From Mobula hypostoma (lineage: Eukaryota), in NCBI RefSeq assembly GCF_963921235.1, contig NC_086108.1, positions 25,482,001 through 25,546,000 of the forward strand: a stretch of 64,000 bases of DNA, written 5' to 3'. The stretch's first letter is position 1. Every line of letters begins with the position of its first letter. The translations under genes were made by a program, and so were the position numbers. The notes beneath the pieces were generated by a model. It did not search any database, had not been told where the DNA came from, and was given only the letters and a program-made list of their open reading frames with translations. Positions 12,160 to 25,889 of the stretch are shown here, piece after piece.

Positions 12160-12506
12160 TATGAAAAAGCAGCAATTCCTGCTGTGTCCCTATTAATCCC
12201 TTTTTTTTTGCACATGAGAGGAACCACATTGCAGATTATTGTAGATAATAAAAGCTCCTGGCGTGGAAGGAAACATACTGAAGTGAATAGTGGATTTTCT
12301 CACTAGCAGAATACAGAGAGAGAGCAGGGCAGGAAAGTCGAGTATTAGAGGACATAGATGTAATGTGAGATGGGAGAAATTTAAAGGAGATCTGAGAGGT
12401 AGAATTTTTCACACAAAGTATAGTCAATATCTATAATGAACTGCCAAGATAATTACTAAGTTTGAAAGTCATTTGGACAAGTACTTAGATAGGAAAAGCA
12501 TAATGT

Positions 12507-12582
12507 GAGTTCCCAACCTAGGGTCCACGGACCCCTTGCTTAATGATTTTGGTCCATGCATAAAAAAGGTTGGGAAGGTCTG
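12507..12582. mobile_element. Tiny hAT-Charlie-like MITE
   Basis: GTTCCCAACCT...AGGTTGGGAA termini with the internal palindrome GGGTCCACGGACCC. Confidence 0.5.
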
Positions 12583-12847
12583 GCATAGAGGGATATGACC
12601 TTAACAGAGACAAATGGGATCAGTATAAATAGACATCAAGGTTGACATGGTCATGGACTGTAAGTCGATGAGAAAACAGGTTTCTTTCCAATTGGCAAAT
12701 TGTGTGCTAAAGCCTCAGCGTTTTGAAACTTACGAAAATGAATGATGGCACGGAATGTACAGTTGTTAAATTTCATGATGATACAAAGATAAATTGGAAG
12801 TTTTGTTGTAAAGACATAAGGAAGTTCTTTTGGGATATACGGTAGGT

Positions 12848-13659
12848 CAGGGGTCCCCAACCCTTTTTTGCACCACGGACCGGTTTAATATTGACAATAG
12901 TCTTGCGGACCGGCCGACCTGGGGCGGGGGGGAGGTGTTCAAGTAGGGTTAAATTCACCTCAACATGTCTTTTACAGTTAGGGTTGCCAACTTTCTCACT
13001 CCCAAGTAGGGACAAAAGTAGCAGTCAAATCCCGGGACACCTGTGTTTACCCCAAAAAAGACTACCATGACCATGAAGCCTTGCAGGGGTACCTGTGTGC
13101 GCATGAGTGAGTGATGTACGGATATGTGAAGTGCACATGCGCGTATATGCCAATTTTTCTCCCCCACAAATCGGTTTTGGCTTAATCTTTCTGACTATAC
13201 TGTACGTACATTACTTCTACTTTATACAGGCTGTGTATTTATCATATAATTCCTGCTTTTACTATATGTTAGTGTTATTTTAGGTTTTATGTGTTATTTG
13301 GTATGATTTGGTAGGTTATTTTTTGGGTCTGGGAACGCTCAAAAATTTTTCCCCATATAAACTAATGGTAATTGCATCTTCGCTTTACGCCATTTCGGCA
13401 CGAAAGGTTTCATAAGAACGCTGTACCTTAGCGGGGGAAATACGGGACAAGTGCAGTCCCGTATGGGACAAACCAATTTAGCCCAATATACGGGATGTCC
13501 CGGCAAATACGGGACAGTTGGCAACCCTATGTTCGAATTCAACAGTGTGTGACAGGGAATGAGGAAAGGTGCAGCTGACTCATATCGTTTCCTCATGGCC
13601 CAGTAGCACATGCTCTGTGGCCCAGTACTGGTCCGTGGCCCGGTGGTTGGGGACCACTG
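12848..13659. mobile_element. Non-autonomous hAT (Charlie/Buster-type) element, copy 1
   Basis: TIRs CAGGGGTCCCCAACC / GGTTGGGGACCACTG, with an imperfect 8-bp TSD cggTAggt/cagTAgat. Inserted in an old CR1. Confidence 0.85.
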
Positions 13660-14087
13660 CAGTAGATAGACAGAAAAGGCATAGATTAGGACACTGGGAG
13701 TATTGTACTGTATAGGGAAATGATTCATTTTAGTAGGAGAAATGAAGTAGTATTCGATTGAGAATTCTGAGATCCAGAGTGTTGTTACAGTGCATAATTT
13801 GTAAGAAGCCAGAATATGTAACTAGGAGAGCTAACATGTTGTAATTACTATTAATATTATCATTATCAAGGGGCAATATATACAAAAGTAAAGTGGTTAT
13901 GTTTAAATTATATGATCTGGTGAGACCATATCTGACATACTCTTGTTATTAAAAAAATAATGCTGATGTTCAGTGAAGATTAACAGTATGAATACCTGGC
14001 ATGGATAAGTTATGCTAGGAGGAAAAATTAGACAAATAATGTTTAAGTCCACTGCAGCTTAGAAGAGGAAGCAGTGTGTTGATTGAC

Positions 14088-17000
14088 TAATTAATGGCAG
14101 ACCAATCAATTCGAAGAGAGAGATAACTTCACACGGGTCGGGGAGAAAAGTTTTAAAAAGGAGCGTTTTGCGGGGCTTAGCGCATTAGAATAGTGGGTAT
14201 GACTGCAAGGCCAATTTTCTGTTCTGGGAGTCAGATGGGGGATGTCTGGGAGACTTCCAACCTCCTTGATGGCCACATCTGCGCCAGGTGTATCGAGTTA
14301 CAGCTCCTCAGAGACCAAGTTAGGGAACTGGAGCTGCAACTCAATGACCTTGTTAGGGAGAGTGAAGAGGTGATCGACAGGAGCTACAGGCAGGTAGTCA
14401 ACCTGGGGCCACAGGAGACTGATAAGTGGGTGACCATCAGGAGAGGGAAGGGAGGGCGACAGGTAGTGAAGAGCACATCTGTGGTTGTCCCCCTTAACAA
14501 TAAGTACTCCATTTTGAGTGCTGTTGGGGGGGGGGGGGACCTACCTGAGAGAAGCAGCAGTGGCACTGTGTCTGGCCCTATGGCTCAGAAAGGTAGGGAA
14601 CGGAAGAGGATGGCAGTAGTGATAGGGGACTCTATATGTAGGGAGACAGATAGGCAATTCTGTGGACACGAAAAATAAACCCAAGTTCATGATGTTTCTG
14701 AGCGCGTCTACAATATCCTGAAATGGGAGGGTGAGCAGCTAGAGGTCTAGGTACATATTAGTACCAATGACATAGGTAGAAAAAGGGTGGAGGTCCTGAA
14801 AGAAGAATTCCGGGAGTTTGGAAGGAAGCTGAGACACAGGACCTCAAAGGTGGTAATCTTGGGATTGTTGCCTGTGCCATGCGACAGTGAGTATAGGAAT
14901 AGAATGAGGTGGAGGATAAATGCGTGGCTGAGGGATTGGAGCAGGGGGCAGGGATTCAGATTTTTGGATCATTGGGACCTCATCTGGGGCAGGTGTGACC
15001 TGTACAAAAAGGATGGGTTGCACTTGAATCTGGGGGGGGACCAATATCCTGGCGGAGAGGTTTGCTGAAGCTATTGGGGAGAACTTAAACTAGATTTGCA
15101 GGGGGGTGGGAACCGAAGTGAAGAGGCAGAGGATGGGGTGGTTGGCGCACAAATAGGGACAGCTTGTAGGGTGTTTGTGAGGAAGGATAGGCAGATGTTA
15201 CAGCAAAGATGCACTCAGCCTGATGGTTTGAGATGTGTCAATTTTAATGCAAGGAGTATCATAAACAAGAGCATAGATCAATATGTGGAACCGTGATGTT
15301 GTGGCCATTACATTGTGGATGACTCAGGAGTAGGAATGGCTGCTGAGTGCGCCAGGCTTTAGATGTTTCAAAAAGAACAGAGTGGGAGGCAAAAGAGGTG
15401 GGACTGTGGCATTGTTAATTAGGGATAGTGTCACGGCTGCAGAAAAGGAGGAAGTCATGCAGGGATTGTCTACTGATTCAGTGTGTGTGGAAGTCAGAAA
15501 AAGGAAAGCAGCAATAACTCTGCTGGGTGTTTTTTATAGACGTCCCAATAGTAACAGGGATGTCGAAGAGCATATAGAAAGGCAGATTCTGGAATGGTGC
15601 AATAATAATAGGGTTGTTGTAATGGGAGATTTTAACTTTCCTAATATTGACTGGCATGGGTGGAGCTTGTTATGTGTGTTCAGGAGGTTTTCTGTCACAA
15701 TATCCAGATAAGCCGACTAGAGCAGAGGCTGTACTTGATATGGTATTTGGAAATGAACCTCGTCAGGTGTCAAATCTCTCGGTGGGAGAGCATTTTGGAG
15801 GTAGTGACCACAAATCTACCTCCCTCACCGTTGCGCAGGAGAGGGATAGGAGCAGACAATCTGGGAAAACATTTAATTGGGGTAGGGGGAAATATGATGC
15901 TATTAGGCATGAACTTGGAAGCATGAATTGGGAGCAGATGTTCTCAGGGAACTGCACGGCAGTAATGTGGCATACATTCAGGGAACATTTGCATGGAGTT
16001 CTGCATAGATATGTTCCATTGAGGCAGGGAAAAGATGGTAGAGTTAAAGAACCATGGTGTACAAAGTATGTAAAAAATCTAGTTAAGAGGAAAAGAAAAG
16101 TTTATGAAAGGTTCAAGAAACTAGGTACTGTTGGAGCTCTGGAAAATTACAAGGTTACAAGGAATGATCTTAAGAATGGAATTAGAAGAGCCAGAAAGGG
16201 CCATGAGAAGGTCTTGGTGAGCAGGATTAAGGAAAACCCCAAGGCATTCTACAAGTACGTGAAGAGCAAGAGGATGAGTCATGTGAGAATAGGACCAATC
16301 AGGTGTGAAAGTGAAATGTGTGCATGGAGTCAGAGGAGGCAGCTGAGATACTTAATGAATACTTCGCTTCAGTATTCACTAGGTAAAAAGACCTTGGCAA
16401 TTGTGGGGAATGCTTACAGCAGACTGAAACGCTTGTGCATATAGATATCAAGAAAAAAGATGTGCTGGAGCTTTTGAAAAGCATTGAGTTAGATAAGTCA
16501 CTGGGACTGGATGATATATACCCCAGGCTACTGTGGGAAGTGAGGGAGGAGATTGCTAAGCCTCTTGCGATGATGTTTGCATCATCAATAGGGACAGGAG
16601 AAGTACCAGAGGATTGGAGGTTTGCAAGTGTTGTTCCCTTTTTCAAGAAAGGGAGTAGGGATAACCCGAGAAATTATAGACCAGTGAATTTGACTTCAGC
16701 AGTGGGCCAGTTGTTGAAGAAGATCCTGAAAGGCAGGATTTATGAGCACTTGGAGAGACATAATCTGATTAGGACTAGTCAGCATGGCTTTGTCAAGGGC
16801 AGGTCGTGCCATACAAGCCCGATTAAATTCTTTGAGAAAGTAACAAACACATTATTGGAGGTAGAGCAGTAGATGTAGTGTATATGGATTTCAGCAAGGC
16901 ATTTGATAAGGTACCCCATGGAATGCTTATGAGAAAGTAAGGAGGCATGGGATCCAAGGGGACCTTGCTTTGTGGATCCAGAACTGGCTTGCCCACAGAA

Positions 17001-19260
17001 GGCAAAGAGTGGTTGTAGATGGTTTGTATTCTGCATGGATGTCGGTGACTAGTGCTGTTCCACAGGGATCTGTTCTGGGAACTCTCCTCTTTGTGATTTT
17101 AATAAATGACCTGCATGAAGAAGTAGAAGGGTGGGTTAGTAAGCTTGTTGATGACAGAAAGGTTGGGGGTGTTGTGGGTAGTCTGGAGGGTTGTTAGAGT
17201 TTACAGCAGGACATCAGAAGGATGCAGAACTGGGCTGAGAAGTGGCAGATGGACATCAACCCAGATAAGTTTGAAGTGGTTTAGTTTGGTAGGTCCAATT
17301 TGAAGACAGAATATAATATAAATGGTAAGATTCTTAGCAATGTGGATAGTCTGAGAGATCTTGGGGTCCATGTCAATACGACACTGAAATCTGCTGTGCA
17401 GGTTGACAGTGAGTGTTGCTAAGAAGGCATATTGTGTGTTGGCATTCATCAACCGTGGAGCTGAGTTTAAGAACGTGAGGTAATTTTATAGATATAAAAG
17501 ACCTTGGTCAGACCCCACTAGGAGTGCTGTGTTCAGTTCTGGTCACCTCATTACAGGAAGGATGTGGATACTATAGAGAGAATGCAGAGGAGATTTACAA
17601 GGATGTTGCCTGGATTGGAGGGCGTACCTTATGACAGCGGTCCCCAACCACCGGGCTGCGGACCGGTACCGGGCCACAAAGCACGTGCTAACGGGCAGCG
17701 AGGAAACGATATGATTTGGTGATATGAGTCAGCTGCACCTTTCCTCATTCCCTGTCATGCACTGTTGAGCTTGAACGCATGCGAGGTCATTACTCATGCG
17801 TCATCCATGTCAGCACGCGAAGGAGGTCAACTCCTCAAGCTTGCAAATGACGAAGGGCTGAGAAGTATGTTTGACATAACATCTCTGCCGGCATTCTGGA
17901 TCAAAGTCAAGGCTAAATATCTTGAGATAGCCATGAAATCACTGAAAATGTTGCTTCCATTTCCAACATATCTCTGTGAAGCGGGCTTTTCTGCAATGAG
18001 TGCAACGAAAACTAAATTGCGGAATAGACTGGACATAAGGAACCCCGTTTGAGTATCGCTGTCTCCCGTCACCCCTCGATAGGACCGGCTTGTTGAAGGG
18101 AAACAAGCCCAGGGCTCCCACTGATTCACCGATATTGGTGTGTTGCAATGATTTTATATGTTCATACGGGGAAATTATGTGCTGTGTGTTTAATATCCAA
18201 ACATTACTTAAAATGTTATGATGCTATTGACTTATAAGTGACTTTTATAACCATATAACAATTACAGCATAGTAACAGGCGATCTCAGCCCTTCTAGTCC
18301 GTGCCGAACTCTTACTCTCTCCTAGTCCCATCGACCTACCCTCAGCCCATAACCCTCCATTCCTTTCCTGTCCATATACCTATTCGTTCAACACTTACTT
18401 CAGGCTCCCCTGTCCTCCCCTGATAATTGACTTATCACTATATTCATGCAAGGAAAATATGCGCTGTGTGTTTAATATTAAATTCGTTAGATAAACCCTT
18501 TTAGAAATGAAATTGAGTGCATTAGCCACTTATCAACTATATTCCGGTCATGATTAACCACCCCCCCCTCGCCCCGATCAGAATCACAAAAAATGATTTG
18601 TAGGAAATAATCGGCACATACATGCATGCGCACTGGTGCCTGTGCAAGGCTTCATGGTCATTGTAGTCTTTCTCGGGGTAAACACTTTGTATTTGACAGC
18701 TACTCTTCTCTGTTGGCAACCCTACCACGCCCCCCACCCCCAGGTCGGCCGGTCCGCAAGAATATTGTCAATTGTCAATATTAAACCGGTCCGCAGTGCA
18801 AATTAGGTTGGGGTCCCCTGCCTTATGAGAATAGGTTGAGTGTACTTGGCCTTTTTCTCCTTGGAGCAACGGAGGATGAGAGGTGACCTGATGGAGGTGT
18901 ATAAGATGATGAGGGGCATTCATCGTGGGAATAACTAGAGGCTTTTTCCCAGGGCTCATATTGCTAACACGAGGGGGCATAGTTTTAAGGTGCTTGGAAA
19001 TAAGTACTGAGGGGATGTCAGGGTAAGTTTTTCACACAGAGAGTAGTGGGTGCATGGAATGCACTGCTGGTGATGGTGTTGGAAGCGGATACAATAAGGT
19101 CTTTTAAGAGCCTCTTAGATAGGTACATGGAGCTTAGAAAAATAGAGGGATATGCGCTAGGAAGTTCTAGGCAGTCTCTAGAGTAGGTTACGTGGTCGGC
19201 ACAACATTGTGGGCCAAAGGGTCTATAATGTGCAGTAAATTTCTGTGTTCTATGTTCTGT
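14088..19260 (+). mobile_element. Near full-length frameshifted CR1 LINE, interrupted by a hAT element and nested in an older CR1
   Basis: ORF1 has a Cys motif (HICARC), a Leu-rich coil and an esterase. ORF2 has APE (NARS, YRRP, GDFN, SDH) and RT (QHGF, PQGSVLG). It ends in a (TTCTATG)n-like tail. Older CR1 sequence continues on both sides. Confidence 0.92.
17635..18820 (+). mobile_element. Non-autonomous hAT (Charlie/Buster-type) element, copy 2, with a transposase C-terminal fragment
   Basis: TIRs CAGCGGTCCCCAACC / GGTTGGGGTCCCCTG and a perfect 8-bp TSD CCTTATGA (17627-17634, 18821-18828). Dimerisation-domain fragment FWIKVK...LLPFPTYLCEAGFSAM...KTKLRNRL. Confidence 0.93.
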
Positions 19261-21144
19261 ATAAAAAAAATCCTGTGTTGTCCTGACAGGGTGGATATGA
19301 AGAGGAAGTTCTCCCTCAGGAAGAACCTAGAACTGGGGGTAACTGTTTACAAATGATGGTTTGCCCAATTAAGGTAGAAATGAGATGGCATCGTGAACTC
19401 TTTGTCAAAGGATGGTGGAAGCAGTGTCATTAAATATTTTGAGTTTTTTGATAGTAAGGGATTGCAAAGTTGCCGAGCATAGATGGGCATTTGAATTGCA
19501 ATTGGAATTACAATTTAATCAGACATGATTTCACTAAATGCAGAGCAGATACCAGAAACTAAGAGGTGTAGATCTTCTTAATTCATACTATATGTCCTTA
19601 TGTGTCTTACTTTACAGACAAGTTTTAGCATATGAATTTAGTATATTGTACCTTATTTTTAAATTGAAGCTATTTTAAATAATTTTTTGTTAAATGTGCA
19701 AGTGTATCCTCAAGTTAGAAGCTCTGTTATGCTAAAATAACAATTAATATACATAATTTAACCCTGCATAATATTATTATACTTCTGATTACCTGCATTC
19801 ATTGCTAAGATTTTAAATCTAATGAGAAGTAACACTAAAACAGACTATACTACTTCAAAGTATACTGCTATGTATAATGGAAAACTGTTGTACAAACCAT
19901 TAATATATTCCTGAAAATACACCAAGGAGTGTGAGTCACTGCGTTATAAACTACCGCTCTGGAACCTGGGACAAAAAAGATCTCAGTTCTAGCGATTTAT
20001 AGTTTTAAGACATTTACTCCCATAAAATTGTGTTTGTTTCACAATTCTTTGTCAGATTTATTGTGTATTACTGTGTCTGAGTCACTCAGGTTCTAAAATT
20101 ATACCATTTTTGTTGTAAAACAGGTCAGGTGGGATACATCACCAACGAATGATAAACCTTAATTATCTCGTGTGAAGTATAATATAAATTCAGAAGCTTC
20201 ATTATAATATGACTACTGAAGCTGTTACTGTGACAGTAACTTTGAAGTATTTAATTGCACTGAAGTGCCAATGACTCAAAATGAGTTCTGAATGTTGTTA
20301 TCTCTGGTATTTGGGGGCACTAGCTGGTTTGTGGATTGATCATTTCCCACTTTCTGAAACTGTGTGGGAAATATTAAAGAGTGTGATCTGAAATTAAGAA
20401 AGAAAAGGATAGAAAGACAGCAAACTATTGAAGATTCAAAGAGTTTCAAATCTTGAAAACCACACTTCAAGTATGCTGATTGTGAAGAACTATAAAAATA
20501 CAGAGGAATAGTCTGAATTTATGCGATATTTACGAGACAACGAACACTTTGTAAAACAACTAAATTACATCTTCAGTCTGTTATAGCACTATGTTTTAAT
20601 TACCCGCCTTCAAGTACTTGACTGAGAATACAATATACGATTTATAGGGAAAAGGCAAGAGAATGGATTTGAGGAGGAAAATAAATGAGCCATAATTAAA
20701 TGGCAGAGCAGACTTGATGGGCCAAATGGCTGAATTCTGCTCCTATGTCTTATGGTCTTATACTAGTGTATTATAGACACCACTTGACTGGAAAAAGAAA
20801 TTCTCAATTATGCACATTGTCATATTAATTGTCCTTTATATAACGGTAGAATTAACCAAAATAGTTAAGATTCTCCAGAATACAGTTCTTATCTTAGAAA
20901 AATTCCAGACCTGAGACATAGAACTGCAGAGTTGTACCATAAAGGAATGGGTCCTTTGGCCCACTGTACCCAATCCAACATTCTTGTGCACCTACAATGA
21001 TTCCCATTTGCCCACACTAGGATTTTATCTATCATTCTGCGCCTAGCCTATTTAAGTGTCTGTCTACAAACTTGTCAAGGAAGAATAATTTATCAGCTAT
21101 TTGAGATGAAATAGTTTTCCTTGCAAGTGGACCAAGAATGGGCG

Positions 21145-21445
21145 ATCGGTGGCACAGGAGAACGGCTGGGTGAGCAGCACCAGGATCCCAAGTTCAGTCC
21201 TGACCTCAGGTGCTTTCTGGGTGGAGTAAACAGGTGATCTTCTTCCGGGTGCTCTGGTTTCTTCTCACACCCCAAAGACGTACTGATTAGCAGGAAACTT
21301 ATCCATGGTAAATTGTGGAATGAGTGGTAGATTATGGATGCAGTTGATACAAATGTGGGGAGAATTAAGTGGGATTAGTTTAAACAGTTGGTGTGTGCTC
21401 AATGGACCAAAGGACCTTTTTCCATGCTATATATTGCTCTGCACC
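21145..21445 (+). mobile_element. V-SINE / HE1-like SINE
   Basis: tRNA-like head remnant, V-core CCGGGTGCTCTGGTTTCTTCTCACACCCAAAGAC, and a CR1-type 3' tail. Confidence 0.6.
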
Positions 21446-22184
21446 CTTCATACAACAGCTAATATATACTTTGGATGCTTTTTGTTTCTGTGCAATTTTG
21501 AAGTTCTCTGTAAAAATCTGAAGCAGAACCTCTTATTCCCTAATAGAAGCAGTATTGCTTTGTCAACACCAGAGGTTTGATATCTATTCCTTCAAGATTT
21601 CAGAAGACCACCACCCAGAAAAAAATGCCATCTTCCTCATGCAAAGTAACTCTGGAAGCCTGGCTTAAGTAAAAGCAATTCTGCGTCATTTCTACTTGAA
21701 GACAATGTCACGGTGTGAAAAAGTTGAAATAGCTTCAAATAGAATCAGAGCCACAATGGACTCGTTAAACAAAACTATTAACTGAGCGTTGAGTTACATA
21801 TTGGTTGATGGTCTAGCTAATGGATTAGTGCCCTAAAGCTGGAACTTTCTGATGGGAAGACGGAAGTTCAAATCCCATTGAGATTGTTGGGCAATTTAAA
21901 TTCAAGTAAATCAATAAAACTAGAAGCAAGAATTAACCATGAAACTTCTGCAATATCATAAATTATTTGGGCTCTCAGGGAAAGACATTTGAGATTCAGA
22001 AACTAAATCACTTTTGAGGGCCACATCTGAGTAACATATTTTATGTTAACCTGATACTTCTAACTTTATTCAGATTCTTGAGTATACCAAAGCTAGAACT
22101 TATTAACACGCTGATTTATATTTAGGTTACTACCAAACAATGGCAAGCCAGGATTGATTTCTTCATTCATAATGCTGAGTAAGG

Positions 22185-25100
22185 TCATAAGATGTAGCAG
22201 CAGAATTGGGCCATTTGGCCCATCGACTCTATCCTGCCATTACATCATGGCTGATCCATTTTCCCTCTCAGCCCTATTCTCCTGCCTTCTCCTCGTAACC
22301 TTTCACATCTTGAGTAATCAAGAACCTATTATCTTCTGCCTTAAATACATCCACTCATCTGGCCGCCACGGCCTCCTGTGTCAATGCATTCGACAGATTC
22401 ACCAACCTCTGGCTGAAGAAATTCCTCCTCACCCCCGTTCTAAACGCACGTCCCTCTAATTTGAGGGTGTGCCCTTTGGTCCTAGACCCCCCTACTATGT
22501 GGAACATCCTCTCCACATCCACTCTATCTAGGCCTTTCAACATTCAATAGGTTTCAAAGATCCCCTCTCATTCTTCTAACTTTCAGAAAGTCTAGGCCCA
22601 GAGCCAACGAACATATCTCATGTGATAAATCTTTCATGCATGGAAGCATTCTTGTGAACCTCCTCTGAAACTTTTCCAATGTCAGCAAATCCTTTCTTAA
22701 ATAAGGTGCCCAAAATTGTTCACAATACTCCAAGTTAGGCTTCTCCAATGCCCTGGTAAAGTCTCAGAATTATATCCTTGCTTTTATATTCTAGTCCTCT
22801 CTAAATGAATGCTTACATTAAATTTGCCTTCTTCACTACCGACTCAACCTGCAAGTTAACTTTTGGAGAATTCTGCACAAGGACTCCCAAATCTCTTGGC
22901 ACCTCGGATTTGTGAATTTCCTCCCCATTTAGAAAATAGTCTACACTTTTATTCCTTTTACCAAAGTACATGGCCATATACTTCTCAACACTGTATTCCA
23001 TCTGCCACTTCTTTGTCCATCTTCCTATCTGTATAACTCAATTTGCAGCCTCCCTGCTTCCTCAACACTACCTGCCCCTCCACCTATTTTTGTATCATCT
23101 GCAATCTTGGCCACAAATCTATCCCAACACCAACTCCTGTGGAACACACTAATCTTTGACAGCTAACCAGAAAAGTCTCAATTTACTTCCACTCTTTGCC
23201 TCCAGCCCTTCCGTCTGTTCTCTATCCATGCTAGGATCTTTCCTGTAATACCATGGGCTCCTGTTAAGCAGCCTTATGTGGGCATCTTGTCAAAGGCCTT
23301 CTGAAAATACAAATGTACAACATCCACTAATTCTCCTTTGTATATCCTGCTTGTTATTTCCTCAGAGTTCCAATAGATTTGACAGGGAAGATTTTCTCTT
23401 AAGAAAATAATAATGACTTTGGCCTATTTTATCATTTGCCTCCAAGTACCCTGAGACCTTATGCTTATCTCCAGCATCTTCCCAACTGCTGGAATCAGAA
23501 TAACTGGCCTATAATTTCCTTTCTTCTTTATCTCTCCTTTCTTGAAGACTGAAGTGCCATTTCTAATTTTCTAGTCTTCCGGAACCTTTCCAGAATCTAA
23601 TGAATATTGAAACATTATTACTAATGCCTCCATATTCTCTTCAGCTACCTCTTTCAGCATGCTGGGGTGTAGTCTGTCTAGTCCAGCTGACTTATCTACT
23701 ATCAGACCGTTCAGCTTCCCAAGCACCTTCTCCTTAGTAATGGCAACTTCACACACTTTTGTCCCCTGACCCTCTAAAACTTCCGGCACACTGTTAGTGT
23801 TTTCCACAGTGAAGACAGATGCAAAATATTTATTCAGTGTGTCTGCCATTTCCTTATCTTCCACTATTACCTTTCTAGGGTCATTTTCCAGCAGTCCGAT
23901 ATCCACTCTCATCTCTCTTTTAATCTTTATATATTTGAAAAAAAAGCTTTTGGCATCCTCTATTTTTTGGCTAGCTTTGTTTCATATTTCATCTTTTCTC
24001 TCCTTATGGCTTTTTCAGTCGCCTTCTGTCTGTTTTTAAAAGCTTCCCAATTCCCTAATTTCGCACTAATTTTTGCTGTGATATATTCCCTCTCTTTTGC
24101 CTTTATGTTGTCTTTGACTTTCCTTTTCAGTCACAGTCATGTCATGCTGCCTTCAGAATACTTCTTCTTCTTTGGGATGTACCTATCCTGTGCCTTCCGA
24201 ATTGCTGCCGGAAGCTCCAGCTATTGCTGTTCTTCCATCATCTCTGCTAGTGTCCCCTTCCAATCAACGTTAGCCAGCTTCTTTCTCAAGCCTCTATAAT
24301 TTCCTTTACTCCTCTGTAATACTGATACATCTGAACTTAGCTTCTCCCTCTCGAATTGCAGGGTGAAGTCTATCATATTATGCTTATTGTCTCCTAAAGG
24401 TTCATTTATCTTAAGCTCCTGAATCAAATCCAGTTCAATGCACAACACCCAATCTGGAAAAGCTGATCCCCTCGTGGGCTCACCATGAGCTGCTGTAAAA
24501 AGGCGTCACATGAGCATTCTACAAATTCTCTTTTTTTGGGAAACAGCACCAACCTAATTTTCCCAGTCTGTCTGTATATTGTAATCCCCCATGACTATCA
24601 TAACATTGTCCTTTTAACATCTCTATTCTATCTGCCTTTTGTAATTTGTAGCCCATATCCTCACTGGTGTTCAGAGACCTGTATATAACTCCCATCAATG
24701 TCTATTTATCCTTACAGTTTTTTTCCACTCTACCCACAAGGATTTTACATCTTCTGATGCTATGGCACCTCTTTCTAATGATTTGATTTCATTTTTTACC
24801 AAGGGATCCATGCCACTCCTTCTGCCTACCTGTCTGTTATTTTGATACAATATCCTTGCATGTTAAGCTCCCAATTATTATCATCTTTCAGCCCATAATT
24901 TCATATCTGCCAATCTCTAACTGCGCTAAAAGATCATCCATCTTATTTCGTCTACTACATGCTTTCAAGTATAACACCTTCAGTCCTGTATTCATCACTC
25001 TTCACAGCTTTGCCCCCATATTACAGTGCAACTCATCCCATTTTCTGCAATTGTGCCTGCTCATCTGCTTGTCCTTCCTGACAATGTCACTACATACTGC

Positions 25101-25480
25101 ATCTACTTGTATACTATTCTCAGCCCGACCACTCTGGTTCCCATTCTCTTGCCAAATTAGTTTTAACTCTCCCCAATAGCTCTAGCAAACCTGCCCGCAA
25201 GTATATTGTACACCCTTGGGTTCAGGTGTAACCTGTCTCTTTTGTACAGGTCACACCTTCCCCAAAAGAGATCCTGGTGATCCAGAAATCTGAAACCCTA
25301 CCCCCTGTACCAGTTCCTCAGCCGTGCATTCTTTTGCCAAATCATCCTGCTCTTACCCTCAATGGCCAGTGGCACAGGCAGTAATCCAGAGATTACTAAC
25401 CTGGAGGTTCTGTATTCCAGCTATCCACCTAACTCCCTAAAATCTCACTTCAGGACTTTTTCCCTTTTCCTACCTATGTC
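22185..25480 (-). mobile_element. Degenerate CR1 LINE (end of ORF1 through 3' tail)
   Basis: Esterase C-terminus at 25170-25480, and APE and RT remnants (LNKYFASVFT, LEYCEQFWAP, RNFFSQR). Confidence 0.88.
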
Positions 25481-25889
25481 ACTATGATGTGTATTATATA
25501 GAAATATAATACTATAGCATAATGACACAGGCAGGAAAATTATAATGTAGTGTGACAACAAAACAAATTTGAATCTTTATCATTCCCAGTAACTCAGTAA
25601 GAGTCTGGATTTTAATTGTCTCATTATTCATTTTAAAATATTCAATCTGTTACTCTCAGCTGCCTGCGCTCAGTATTAATTCGTTCATATTACTAGCCAT
25701 TTATCCACTGACCACAGTCAAGCCATCCTTAGGTTTAATCTTACTAAAACACTGAACATTCCTTGGAACAAATCATCAACATTGACAGTACACATTCGTC
25801 CCATCTGGCTCCTTCACTGTTTCTCTTGCACACCCCCAACCCAACACCAGCACCTGCCTGACCAACCCTGAGACGATTTAGCAATAAAC

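Noticed and set aside
17765..18125. ZBED/SCAND3-like host gene exon
   Set aside because: It lies between hAT TIRs with a perfect TSD and is disrupted, so it is a transposase remnant.
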